From an uncultured Sphingobacteriaceae bacterium (GTDB lineage Bacteria; Bacteroidota; Bacteroidia; Sphingobacteriales; Sphingobacteriaceae), in the NCBI GenBank assembly GCA_964251965.1, contig CAXULQ010000005.1, positions 82,358 to 146,357 on the forward strand: 64,000 bases of DNA, in the 5' to 3' direction. Shown here in pieces: positions 10,191 through 22,100 of this stretch. The notes beneath the pieces were generated by a model. That model did no database searches. It was not told the origin of the DNA and saw only the letters and a program-made list of their open reading frames with translations. The position numbers and the translations under genes were made by a program. How positions within the stretch are numbered: position 1 is the stretch's first letter; each line of letters begins with the position of its first letter.

Positions 10191-11615
10191 ATGAAATTTT
10201 ATTCTTCTTTAAAAGAAGTCCGGGAGGATTTAAATGAAGGGCAAACTTCGGTTGTTTCTTTAGTTGAATATTATCTGGACAGAATAAACCAACATCAGAA
10301 TTTAAACGCTTTTAATGAAGTTTTTGGCGAGGAAGCATTGCGCAATGCTTCTTTTATCGACCAAAAATTAGCAAATAAAACTGCCGGACGATTAGCCGGA
10401 ATGGTAATTTGCATCAAAGACAATATCTGTTATCAAGGCCATCAGGTTACTGCTTCTTCAAAAATATTAGAAGGTTTTGTTTCTGTTTTTTCGGCAACAG
10501 TAATCGAGCGTTTGTTAGCTGAAGATGTAATTATTATTGGCCGTTGCAATTGTGATGAGTTTGCAATGGGCGGCTCTAATGAAACTTCTTATTACGGGCC
10601 TGTTAAAAATTTTAAGGATATAAAAAGAGTATCGGGCGGTTCTTCCGGCGGTGCGGCTGTGGCTGTACAGGCAGACCTTTGTTTGGCTGCTTTAGGGACA
10701 GATACCGGTGGATCAGTAAGGCAGCCAGCCTCATTTTGCGGTGTTATCGGCTTAAAACCAACTTATGGCCGCGTTTCCAGGCATGGAATTATTGCTTATG
10801 CTTCTTCTTTTGATCAGGTTGGGCCAATTACCAGGTCGATAGAAGATGCTGCATTACTTTTGGAAATCATAGCCGGAAAGGATGATTATGATAGTACTTC
10901 CGCGTTAAATCCTGTCCCTCAATATTCTGCTGCCAAAAAAAGTACCGATAAAAAAAGCATTGCTTATATCCAGGAGATATTGGAAAGTGATGGCGTTGAC
11001 CAGGAAATTAAAAACCTGATGCAAATCAAAATTAAGCAATTGCAGGCAGACGGGCATGTAGTAGAACCGGTATCGTTTGCTTATTTGGATTACGTCGTCC
11101 CAACTTATTATATATTAACTACTGCGGAAGCATCTTCTAACCTTTCCAGATATGATGGTGTGCATTATGGTTACAGAAGCGCCAATGCAACCGATGCGGA
11201 AACCACTTATACCAAAACCCGTACAGAAGGTTTTGGCGAAGAAGTAAAACGCCGCATTATGCTAGGTACTTTTGTACTTAGTTCTGGCTATTACGACGCC
11301 TATTATGCAAAAGCGCAAAAAGTACGAAGGTTGATTAAAGATAAAACCAACGAAATATTAAGTAAGTATAATTTTATCCTTACGCCAACAACACCCACGG
11401 CTGCTTTTAACATTGGGGAAATTGTTAAAGATCCGATTGTAATGTACCTGGAGGATATTTTTACAGTACAAGCGGCATTGGCGGGTGTTCCGGCAATTTC
11501 TCTTCCGGTAGGCAACAATGCCCAAAATATGCCGTTAGGATTGCAATTGCTCGCTCCGGCTTTTGCCGAAGAGGATTTGTTAAATTTTTCAGCTTATTTT
11601 TTAAATCTTGCTTAA
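10191..11615 (+). CDS. gatA: Asp/Glu-tRNA amidotransferase subunit A
   Basis: Amidase signature GGSSGGAAVAV, 474 aa. Confidence 0.92.
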   Translation: MKFYSSLKEVREDLNEGQTSVVSLVEYYLDRINQHQNLNAFNEVFGEEALRNASFIDQKLANKTAGRLAGMVICIKDNICYQGHQVTASSKILEGFVSVFSATVIERLLAEDVIIIGRCNCDEFAMGGSNETSYYGPVKNFKDIKRVSGGSSGGAAVAVQADLCLAALGTDTGGSVRQPASFCGVIGLKPTYGRVSRHGIIAYASSFDQVGPITRSIEDAALLLEIIAGKDDYDSTSALNPVPQYSAAKKSTDKKSIAYIQEILESDGVDQEIKNLMQIKIKQLQADGHVVEPVSFAYLDYVVPTYYILTTAEASSNLSRYDGVHYGYRSANATDAETTYTKTRTEGFGEEVKRRIMLGTFVLSSGYYDAYYAKAQKVRRLIKDKTNEILSKYNFILTPTTPTAAFNIGEIVKDPIVMYLEDIFTVQAALAGVPAISLPVGNNAQNMPLGLQLLAPAFAEEDLLNFSAYFLNLA

Positions 11616-11646
11616 GTTGACACTTTTGCAGGGACAACTTTTTAAT

Positions 11647-13086
11647 ATGAAGAAATACTTTCTACTAATTGCCTGTATAATTAGTTCTAATTTGGGGTTT
11701 GCCCAAAATAATAAAGCAGACACCACATCAGGTTCAGGCTTAAAAGCAAAGCAAGTTGTTAATTTATCTTCTTCTGCTAAAACAACAAAAACTATTCCAT
11801 ATGTTTTAAGAACAGATACTTTAGTGCCGGTTCCGGTTGTTGATGAGCTTTTACTGACCTCTTATCAGAACATGGTGTACAAATTCCGGTTAGATTCTAT
11901 ACAAAAGCAAATCCCTTTGGCCTATAACGAGTACGTTCAAAGTTATATTGATATTTACACGGCTCCAAAGAGAAAAGCTTCGATGGCCAAAATTATAGGC
12001 TTGGCCAAATATTACTTCCCAATTTATGAAAAAGCTTTTCGGGAAGCAGGTATGCCCGAAGAACTTAAATTTTTATCCGTAGTAGAATCTGCTTTAGACC
12101 CAAACGCAGTTTCTAGGGTTGGGGCAACCGGTCCTTGGCAGTTTATGTTTGCAACTGCCAGGCTTTACGGTTTAAAAATGGATAATTATGTTGATGAACG
12201 TAAAGACCCAATCCAAGCGAGTTACGCTACCGCCAGATATTTAAAGGACGCTTATAATGATTTTGGTGACTGGCTGCTGGCCATTGCTTCCTATAATTGC
12301 GGCAAGGGAAATGTAATGAGGGCGATGCAAAGATCTGGAGGGAATGATTTTTGGTCAATCCGCAACTACTTGCCGGCAGAAACGCGTGGTTATGTTCCGG
12401 CTTTTATTGCTATAAGTTATGTGATGAACTTTTATAAAAAGCATCAGATTGTACCCGAAGAATGTAATTTTTCTATCAAAACAGACACGGTGCTGGTTAA
12501 TAAATTTGTATCGCTAAACAACATTTCTAAAGCTTTGGATATAGAACTTTCGGAAATGGCTATCCTCAATCCATCTTACAAAAAACGTATTGTTAATGGT
12601 ACTGCCGCCAAACCTAAACGCCTGATTATTCCAACAACTGCTTATGCTGATTTTGGGAATGTTTATGCCGCGCTGAATGATTCGGAAGAAGATACACCGA
12701 CAGCAACATTTGCTATAGATCATGATAATCAATCTAACGAAGTAACAACCCGTTACCACCGCGTTAAAAGGGGAGAAAGTTTATCGGCAATAGCAGACCG
12801 TTTTGGTGTGGAAGTGCAGGATTTAAAAGTATGGAACCATTTACATTCTGGTGCTGTTGTTCCCGGAGAAAAACTGCTTATAAAAACAGCATCAGGAACA
12901 GAAATTGCTTCTCCCGAAAAAAAATCACTAAAAAGTTACTATACTTACAGGGTTAAAAAAGGAGATACCTTAAACCTGATTGCAGATAAATACGAAGGTG
13001 TTACCGTACGAAGTATCAAAAATTTAAATACATTAAGAAGCAACCATTTACGTGCCGGCATGATGCTTAAAATCAACCATAGTTGA
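11647..13086 (+). CDS. membrane-bound lytic transglycosylase (SLT domain) with two LysM domains
   Basis: Signal peptide MKKYFLLIACIISS, SLT motif VESALDPNAVSRVGATGPWQF, and two C-terminal LysM repeats (YHRVKRGESLSAIA, YRVKKGDTLNLIA). I place the start at ATG 11647 rather than the track's 11608. Confidence 0.8.
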   Translation: MKKYFLLIACIISSNLGFAQNNKADTTSGSGLKAKQVVNLSSSAKTTKTIPYVLRTDTLVPVPVVDELLLTSYQNMVYKFRLDSIQKQIPLAYNEYVQSYIDIYTAPKRKASMAKIIGLAKYYFPIYEKAFREAGMPEELKFLSVVESALDPNAVSRVGATGPWQFMFATARLYGLKMDNYVDERKDPIQASYATARYLKDAYNDFGDWLLAIASYNCGKGNVMRAMQRSGGNDFWSIRNYLPAETRGYVPAFIAISYVMNFYKKHQIVPEECNFSIKTDTVLVNKFVSLNNISKALDIELSEMAILNPSYKKRIVNGTAAKPKRLIIPTTAYADFGNVYAALNDSEEDTPTATFAIDHDNQSNEVTTRYHRVKRGESLSAIADRFGVEVQDLKVWNHLHSGAVVPGEKLLIKTASGTEIASPEKKSLKSYYTYRVKKGDTLNLIADKYEGVTVRSIKNLNTLRSNHLRAGMMLKINHS

Positions 13087-13105
13087 TATTAAAAATGGCA
13101 TTTGT

Positions 13106-13140
13106 AAAAAGTCCCGGTACTTCTTTTACCGGGACTTTTT
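13106..13140 (+). terminator. rho-independent terminator after the transglycosylase gene
   Basis: aaaaagtcccggta / taccgggacttttt 14-bp stem. The loop and 3-prime arm contain tacttcttttacc, a copy of the abundant motif. Confidence 0.7.
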
Positions 13141-13169
13141 ACGTATAACATTTTAGAAACCAAAAATTT

Positions 13170-15467
13170 ATGAGTAAAAGAAGTAAGGTAAACAACCGTA
13201 AACAGGATGCACTTGATTATCATTCTTCTGGCCGCCCTGGGAAAATTCAGGTGTTGCCCACCAAGCCAACCCAATCTCAGCGCGACCTTTCTTTGGCATA
13301 CTCGCCAGGCGTTGCAGAACCTTGTTTGCAAATTGCAGAAAACCCGGAAGATATTTATAAATATACGGCCAAAGGTAATTTGGTAGCCGTAATTAGTAAT
13401 GGTACTGCAGTTTTGGGTTTAGGTGATATCGGGCCGGCAGCCGGAAAACCGGTAATGGAAGGCAAAGGCTTGCTGTTTAAGATTTTTGCTGATATAGACG
13501 TTTTTGATTTAGAACTGAACTCGCACAATGCAGATGAATTCGTACAAATTGTAAAAGCCCTGGAACCTACTTTTGGCGGCATTAACCTGGAAGATATTGC
13601 CGCACCGATGTGTTTCGAGATCGAACAGCGTTTAAAAGAGGTGATGAAAATCCCGGTAATGCACGATGACCAGCACGGTACGGCCATTATTTCTGGCGCT
13701 GCTTTGATGAATGCGGTTGAAATACAAGGGAAAAAACTTGATACCATCAAAATAGTGATCAACGGGGCAGGTGCTGCCGCTATTTCCTGCTCTAAACTTT
13801 ATCTGGCGATCGGTGTAAAAAAAGAAAACCTGGTAATGTTTGATAAAGATGGATTGCTGCATCATGGCCGAACTGATCTGGATGATATCCGTCGTCAGTT
13901 TTTTACGGACAGGACAGATGTTAACACATTGGCGGATGCCATGAAAAATGCCGATGTTTTTATCGGCCTATCGGCAGGAAACGTAGTTACACCGGAAATG
14001 CTGTTAATGATGGCTAAAAACCCAATTGTTTTTGCAATGGCCAACCCAGAACCAGAAATTTCATATGAATTAGCCACACAAACCCGAAAGGATTTGATTA
14101 TGGCAACCGGCCGTTCTGATTATCCAAACCAGGTTAACAATGTATTGGGTTTTCCTTATATTTTTCGAGGTGCGTTGGATGTTAGGGCAACCAGCATTAA
14201 CGAAGAAATGAAGCTGGCTGCCGTAAAAGCCATTGCCGAACTGGCTAAAATGCCCGTACCGGAAGAAGTAAATTTAGCGTACAATGCTAGGAATTTTAAG
14301 TTTGGAAAAGATTACATCATTCCAAAACCGGTTGATTCCAGGCTAATTACAACAGTATCGGCAGCGGTAGCAAAAGCGGCAATGGATTCTGGTATTGCGG
14401 GTAAACATATTACAGATTGGGATGCCTACCGCGAAGAACTGATCAGCCGTTTAGGAAAAGAAGATAAATTAATGCGTTCGCTTTCCGGAAAAGCTAAGTC
14501 AGAACCAAAGCGAGTGGTTTTTGCCGAGGCTGATAATTATAAAATCCTGAAGTCTGCGCAGATTGTAAGGGATGAAGGTATTGCTACGCCCATCTTGCTG
14601 GGCAATAAAGAAAAGATCAAAGAAATTATGCTGGCCAACGATTTAGAACTGGACGGTGTAGAAATTATTGATCCGTTGATCGGGACAGAAAATTCTACAA
14701 AATATGCTGACTTCCTGTTCAAAAAACGCCAGCGACGGGGCATTACTTCTTTTGATGCCAAAAAACTGTTGCGCAACCGTAACTACTACGGTGCTTCCAT
14801 GGTTCAGTTTGGTGATGCAGATGCCCTTATCTCTGGTTTGACCAGAAATTACGCTGCAACTGTTAAACCCGCTTTGCAGATCATCGGCACAGAACCCGGC
14901 GTAAAATTAGTTGCCGGCATGTATATGATGATCACTAAAAACGGACCTGTTTTTTTTGGCGATACAACCGTAAATGTAAACCCTGATGCGCAAGAACTGG
15001 TGGATATTACGGTATTAATTGAACGGTCTGTGCGGCAGTTTAATATCAAGCCGCGTGTTGCAATCCTTTCTTATTCCAATTTTGGTTCTAACGAAGGTAT
15101 CGTTCCGGAAAAAACACGCGAAGCAGTAAAACTTTTGCATGAGCAATATCCGGAGATGGTGGTTGACGGCGAATTACAGGCCAATTTTGCCATGAACTCC
15201 ACCTTGCTTAAAGACAATTACAGTTTTTCTACATTAAACGGAGCACCTGCCAATACGCTGATCTTTCCAAACCTCGAATCGGGTAACATCGCTTATAAAT
15301 TATTACAGGAAATTGGTGGTGCCGAAGCTGTAGGTCCAATCTTGCTGGGCATGAACAAACCGGTACACGTATTGCAATTGGGCAGTTCTGTGAGAGAAAT
15401 TGTGAACGTGGTTACCATTGCCGTTGTAGATGCCCAGACAAAAGCAGCAGCACTAAAAAAAGAGTGA
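13170..15467 (+). CDS. maeB: NADP-dependent malic enzyme with C-terminal phosphotransacetylase-like domain
   Basis: 765 aa with an N-terminal malic-enzyme domain ([19 protein letters not shown]) and a PTA-like C-terminal half. Confidence 0.9.
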   Translation: MSKRSKVNNRKQDALDYHSSGRPGKIQVLPTKPTQSQRDLSLAYSPGVAEPCLQIAENPEDIYKYTAKGNLVAVISNGTAVLGLGDIGPAAGKPVMEGKGLLFKIFADIDVFDLELNSHNADEFVQIVKALEPTFGGINLEDIAAPMCFEIEQRLKEVMKIPVMHDDQHGTAIISGAALMNAVEIQGKKLDTIKIVINGAGAAAISCSKLYLAIGVKKENLVMFDKDGLLHHGRTDLDDIRRQFFTDRTDVNTLADAMKNADVFIGLSAGNVVTPEMLLMMAKNPIVFAMANPEPEISYELATQTRKDLIMATGRSDYPNQVNNVLGFPYIFRGALDVRATSINEEMKLAAVKAIAELAKMPVPEEVNLAYNARNFKFGKDYIIPKPVDSRLITTVSAAVAKAAMDSGIAGKHITDWDAYREELISRLGKEDKLMRSLSGKAKSEPKRVVFAEADNYKILKSAQIVRDEGIATPILLGNKEKIKEIMLANDLELDGVEIIDPLIGTENSTKYADFLFKKRQRRGITSFDAKKLLRNRNYYGASMVQFGDADALISGLTRNYAATVKPALQIIGTEPGVKLVAGMYMMITKNGPVFFGDTTVNVNPDAQELVDITVLIERSVRQFNIKPRVAILSYSNFGSNEGIVPEKTREAVKLLHEQYPEMVVDGELQANFAMNSTLLKDNYSFSTLNGAPANTLIFPNLESGNIAYKLLQEIGGAEAVGPILLGMNKPVHVLQLGSSVREIVNVVTIAVVDAQTKAAALKKE

Positions 15468-15479
15468 TAAAAACAGCAT
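15466..15479 (-). repeat. abundant-oligomer copy, ACAG variant (gataaaaacagcat), overlaps maeB stop
   Basis: agagTGAtaaaaacagcatttgc, 40 nt upstream of ruvA. Confidence 0.55.
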
Positions 15480-15518
15480 TTGCTTTTTATTGGCAAACGC
15501 CAAAAATATTTCTAACAC

Positions 15519-16103
15519 ATGTACGATTATATAAATGGCAAACTGGTTTTTAAATGTCCGGCTTATGTTGTAATTGATGCTGGGGGAGTGGGTTATCACA
15601 TCAATATTTCCCTTAATACTTATGCTGCGCTTTCGGCAAACGAAAATTGTAAACTCTTCACCTGGCTTTACGTAAAAGAAGACGCACACATGTTGTACGG
15701 TTTTACAGATGAAGGAGAAAGAAGATTGTTTTTGCACCTAATATCCGTATCGGGAATTGGCCCGAATACCGGCCGGATGATACTTTCCTCCATTACCCCG
15801 ACAGAAATACAGACAGCTATAATTAAGGGCGATGTGCCACTGATACAGAGAATTAAGGGAATCGGTCCGAAATCAGCCCAAAGGATAATTTTGGAGCTAC
15901 AGGATAAGTTAAAAAAAGAAGGGCCAGATTCTTTAATCTCAGTTCCGGTAAACCACACTGTTAAAGAGGAAGCTTTATCTGCTTTGGTAATGCTTGGTTT
16001 TGCCAAAAATGCAGCAGAAAAGGTTATTGATCAGATTGTAAAAAAGGATGATGAAGATTTAACGGTAGAAAAATTGATAAAAATTGCATTGAAAAATTTA
16101 TAA
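15519..16103 (+). CDS. ruvA: Holliday junction DNA helicase subunit RuvA
   Basis: MYDYINGKL start and HhH motifs GIGPNTGRMILS and GIGPKSAQRIILEL. Confidence 0.92.
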   Translation: MYDYINGKLVFKCPAYVVIDAGGVGYHINISLNTYAALSANENCKLFTWLYVKEDAHMLYGFTDEGERRLFLHLISVSGIGPNTGRMILSSITPTEIQTAIIKGDVPLIQRIKGIGPKSAQRIILELQDKLKKEGPDSLISVPVNHTVKEEALSALVMLGFAKNAAEKVIDQIVKKDDEDLTVEKLIKIALKNL

Positions 16104-16126
16104 TAACAATTCTTTTTGCTTAAAAG

Positions 16127-19100
16127 GTGAAATTATTTACGAGAACGATGATGTGCGGGGCCTATTGTATTATAGCGTTTTGCTATAGTATAAAAGTTTA
16201 CGCGCAGCAAGCATCAGCGGGTTCTGGTAAAAATGATACGGTTAAAATAAAGTCGCCTATTGTTGATCAGCAATCCAGGAACCAGCAATTAAGGCAAGGT
16301 TTTGTTCTTCCCGATCCTCCCAATCTTGTTAAAACTGTAGAATATGATCCTGCAACAAACAGTTATATTTTATCAGAAAGGGTAGGTAATTTTCTTTATC
16401 GGCCACAACGTTACCTTACCTACAGCGAATATCTCCGTTTAAAACAAAACAACGAGATTAAAGAAAACTGGAAACAGCTTTCGGACAAATACGCAAAAGA
16501 CTCGCAACAGCCTGGGTTTATCCCGCAAATCAAAATCAGGAGCAAAACTTTTGAGCAGATTTTTGGCAGCGATGTTATTGATATTCGCCCGCAAGGATCA
16601 GCAGAAGCAATTTTTGCAGGACAAATCAACAAAAACGAAAACCCGCTTTTTAATACCCGGCAGCGCAACCAGGGCAGTTTTAATTTTGATCAGCGGATAC
16701 AAATGAACGTGACCGGTTCAATTGGCGACAGGTTAAAAATATCAACCAGTTACAATACGGAAGCCCAGTTTCAGTTTGAAAACCAACTTAAACTGGATTA
16801 TACAGGCAAGCCAGATCAAATTATTCAAAAAATAGAGGCCGGAACGGTAAGCATGCCCTTGCCAACTTCCTTAATTAGCGGGAGCCAGGCTTTATTTGGG
16901 GTAAAAACAAAACTTCAGTTTGGTAAGCTTAATGTAACCAGTATATTTTCTCAGCAGCAATCGCAAAGCAGGCAAATTACTATTTCAAACGGTTCTCAGC
17001 AAGGTAATTTTAACCTTTCGCCTGCTGATTACGAAGCTAACCGGCACTATTTCTTGTCGCAATATTTTCGTAATAACTATAATAAAGCGCTTGCTAATAT
17101 ACCGATCATCAGTTCGAACGTCACCATCACCAAAATAGAAGTTTGGGTAACGAATAGAAGTAATACAACCAAAGATTCGAGGGACATATTGGCATTTTTA
17201 GATTTAGGCGAATACAGTCCTTATAATACATCCGTAGTTCGGGGCGGGCCTGGTTTTTCTGCTTTGCCTGCCGGTTTCCAAGGACCTGGTTTTACACAGC
17301 AATCCAACAATCTTCTGCAAAACTTGCCCGCCAATGCCCGTTTAACCAACTCGAACGATGTTGCAAATTATTTTCAATCAAGCGGCAGAACGGATAACTA
17401 CGGCAAACTTACTTATGCCAGAAAGCTGACAAGTACAGAGTTTATTTTGCATCCGCAATTGGGATATATCTCTTTAAATTATCCTTTAAATAATGATGAA
17501 GTGCTGGCCGTAGCTTATCGTTACACCAATAATGGAGTAGAATACCAGGTTGGAGAATTTTCTACCGATATTCCGGTTGACCCAAATATGCCAAAAGTAT
17601 TATACACAAAATTGCTAAAGAACGAGTTGTTGAAAACCAGTTTGCCAACCTGGGATTTGATGATGAAGAATATTTACACTTTGGGCGCATACCAGATTAG
17701 TCCAAATGATTTTAAATTAACCATAGCCCGTTTGGACGATAAATCCAGCATCGAAAAACCGATAATGGGAGAAGGGCAGAAGACCACCGGGAAATTGTGG
17801 ATACAACTAACTGGTTTGGATAATTTAAACCAGCAAAGCGCAAAACAGCCGGACGGTTATTTTGATTTTTTAGAAGGAATTACGATTGATTCTCAAAATG
17901 GCCGCATTACTTTCCCGGTTATTGAACCTTTTGGTGCCGATTTAGCAAAACAATTTAACCCGGTAACAGAACAGGATTTGATCAGCCGATATGTTTACCA
18001 GTCGCTTTATGATTCTACTAAAACAATTGCACAACAGTTTTTTCCACAACTAAACCGATATATTATCCGCGGAACTTATTCTTCTCAGTCCGGATCGGAG
18101 TTTCAATTAAATGCCATTAATATTCCGCAAGGTTCTGTTGTGGTTACGGCTGGTACTTTACGTTTAACAGAAGGTTCTGATTATACCGTGGATTACAATA
18201 TTGGCCGGATCAGGATTATTAATCAAGCGTTGTTAACTTCTGGTCAGCCTATCAACATCAAATTAGAAAGCAACGAATTGTACGGTATCCAGCAAAAGTC
18301 CTTATATGGTTCCAGGTTTGATTATAAGTTAAGCAACAAACTTAATTTAGGCGGAACCATTATGCACTTGACTGAGCAACCGATCACTCAAAAAATAAGT
18401 ATTGGCGATGAGTCGATTTCCAATACCATTTATGGGTTTGATGGTACGTACAGTTCATCCTCAAGGTTGTTGACACGGTTGGTTGATAAATTGCCGTTTA
18501 TCTCTACCAAAGCTCCTTCAACGGTCAGTTTTAGCGGCGAGTTTGCCCAATTGTTGCCTGGCCACCCGGCTGCTTTAAATTTTGCAGGTTCAAATGGTAC
18601 AGCATATCTGGATGATTTTGAAAACAGCAGTTCTTTAATCGATATAAAAAGTGCTGTAAACTGGCAGCTATCAGGCACACCTCAGTTATTTCCGGAATCA
18701 CAATTAAATGATAATTTATCCTACGGTTACAATCGGGCACGTTTAGCTTTTTATAACATCGACCCTATTTTTTACGATCGTGCCAATTCTCAGGCACCGC
18801 CACTCCCGGATTCAAGAAACGAATTGTCGAACCATTTTGTACGAGAGGTTTTAGAACAAGAAGTTTTCCCCTATAAACAAAGCGTTACCGGCCAGCCTTT
18901 AAGTTTGCCAACTTTAGATTTGGCTTTTTATCCAAAAGTGCGTGGCCCATATAACTTTGCAACCTCCGGAATAAACAATGATGGCACACTGCAAAATCCG
19001 CAAAGCAGGTGGGGTGGTATTTTCCGCAAGATGGACAGTAATGATTTTGAATCCTTAAACGTACAATATATCGAGTTTTGGGTTTTAGACCCTTTCATTT

Positions 19101-22100
19101 ACAAACCAACTTCTCCCGGAGGAGATTTGTATTTTAACTTGGGCAGTATTTCTGAAGATATTTTAAAAGACGGGCGCAAAAGTTTAGAAAACGGTTTGCC
19201 TGCCGATGGCGATGTATCCAAAGTAGATACAACTGCCTGGGGCAGAGTACCGAAATTACAGCCTGTGGTACAATCTTTTGACAATGACCCATCAGCCAGG
19301 GCTTTACAAGATGTAGGTTTAGACGGAATGGCCGATGCAGACGAGCGGCAAAAATATGCTCCTTTTATCCAGCAAATTCATAGTGTTTTAAATTCTACAG
19401 CTTATTCTCAAATTAATAACGATCCGTCTTCTGATAATTATTTGTATTTCCGGGGAGGACAGTACGATGAAGCCAATGCCGGAATTTTGCGCCGGTACAG
19501 TCAGTACAATGGTACAGAGGGCAATTCGAAAACAACAGAACAATCAAAAGCACAGCTTGGCCTGGATAATTCTGCTTCTACCTCATTGCCCGACGGAGAA
19601 GACGTAAACCGTGATAATAATATGAGCCAGGCTGATGAATACTTTCAGTACAAGGTTTCAATTCGGCCGCAGGATATGGTTGTTGGCAAAAATTTTATTG
19701 CTGATAAGGTAACTTCTCAGGTTAAATTAACCAACGGTAATACACAAGCGGTTACCTGGTACCAGTTTCGTGTGCCAATTAATGGTTATCAGTCTAAAGT
19801 TGGCAACATTGAGGATTTTAAAGCAATCCGTTTCATCCGGATGTTCATGACCAATTTTGCCGACACTGCCATCTTGCGTTTTGCCAGGCTGCAATTAATT
19901 CGGGGCGAGTGGCGTGCTTTCAATACCGAAAATAGTACAACAAATATCATTGCTGATCCGGCAATTGTAAACCCTTCGCTTGATAATTCTACCATTGATG
20001 TATCTACCGTAAATATAGAGGAGAACGGAAATCGCACACCTATCCCTTATGTTGTTCCGCCAGGTATTACCCGCCAGCGCGATTTTAATAATTATACCAC
20101 CAATACATTGCTAAACGAGCAATCTCTGCAAACAACAGTTAAAAACCTGCGCGACGGCTACTCGAAAGCTACGTTTAAAACGTTTAACAATGATTTGAGG
20201 CAGTACAAGGAGCTGGATATGTTCATTCATGCGGAAGGGGCACAATTACAAAATGGTGATGTAAGTGCTTTCATTCGTTTAGGGGTTGATTACATAGATA
20301 ATTACTACGAATACGAAATACCTTTACAAATAACGCCAGCTACCACGCGAGATCCTGATGCAATTTGGCCTGCCTCTAACAAATTAGCATTACAGCTTTC
20401 TGTACTTACCCGTGCAAAAACAGCACGTAATAATGCCATGTTAAACGGTGCGCCGTGGCCTTTAAATTTACCTTTTACTTTTACAGACGGTGCCAACAAA
20501 GTAACTATAAAAGGGCAGCCAGATTTAAGCCGTTTAAAAACGATTATGCTGGGTGTGCGAAATCCATATAAAGGAAATTCTCCTCCGGGAAAGGATGACG
20601 GACTGGATAAATCTGCTATTGTTTGGTTTGATGAGCTACGGTTAACCAATTTTAAAGAGCAAGGCGGCTGGGCTGCAACGGGCAGGTTTAACGCTAAACT
20701 GGCAGATTTAGGCGATGTAAGTATTGCAGGCAGTAAAAGCACTATTGGTTTTGGTACTTTGGATTCTAGGATTAGTGACCGTAGCCTCAGCGATAATCAA
20801 TCTGTAGATGTATCGGCCAACATGGAACTGGGCAAATTTTTTCCGGCAAAATCTGGTATTAAAATACCGGTTTATGTAAACTATTCTAATCAAAAAATCA
20901 CACCGGAGTACGATCCAGCTTCTCCTGATATCGACTTAAAATCAGAACTGGCGCAGGTATCAAAAGCTAAAAAAGATTCGATCATTAATGTGGTGGAAGA
21001 TTATACCGTTAGAAAAAGCTTCAACCTAACCAATATTCATAAGGCAAAAACAGCACCTAATGCCAAAAGCCATATTTGGGATGTGGAGAACCTGAGTGCC
21101 ACGTATGTTTATACCGAGTATGAGCACCATGATTTTATTACAGAAAATGCTTTTCAAAAAACGTATATAGTTGGCTTAAATTACATTTATAATAACCAGC
21201 CTAAGTTTTACAGTCCTTTTCAAAAGATAATTAAAAGCAACTTATTGAAATTGTTTAAGGATTTTAACTTCAGCATCTTGCCGTCCAGATTAAACTTCAG
21301 CATCAACTTAAACCGCTTTTATTCTGAAAATACTCTTAGGAACAATGACCCGGAAAACTTTATTGCGATACCAACTACGTATAACAAAAACTTTTTAATC
21401 AGCCGTGTTTATGGTATTGGATGGAACCTTTCCAAGTCATTGCAAATGGATTTTGATGCAACCAATTTAGGCGTAATAGATGAACCAGCAGGCCGAATCA
21501 ACGGTTTAAAGCAGGATACTTTATGGAACAATTTAAAAAAACTGGGCCGGACCACTAATTATACGCACACTATCAATTTTAACTATACTACACCAATCAA
21601 CAAAATTCCTGGCTTAGACTGGACAAATATGACGATGCGTTACAGCACGCAGTTTAACTGGAATTCGCAGGCACAATTTTCATTAAATAACCCGGCTTTT
21701 GATGTAGGCAATACCATTCAAAATTCGCGCACCATCCAACTAAATCCTGTTTTAAATTTTATTGGTTTGTATAATAAAATACCGATATTAAAAAAAGCAA
21801 ATGAGGCCGATCAAGGCGGGTTAGGTAATTTACTGCTTCATATTATAACCAGCGTAAAAAACATTAGCGGAACTTACACGCGGACAGAAGGCACGTTTTT
21901 ACCAGGCTATTTGCCTAAAACAAAGTTTTTTGGGGAAGATTTGAATTACAATGCGCCTGGTATCGGATTTCTTTTAGGCAGTCAGGCTGATATCCGCAGC
22001 AGGGCAATTTCTAACGGCTGGATCAGTACGGACACTTTGCAAAATCAACTGTTTACCAAAACATTAAATGAAGATTTACGGCTGAGGGGCGTATTAGAAC

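Noticed and set aside
20305-20742. 145-aa minus-strand ORF (and several 60-80-aa ones) inside sprA
   Set aside because: Antisense shadow ORFs within a 7-kb gene with continuous coding signal on the plus strand. They have no start context or motifs.
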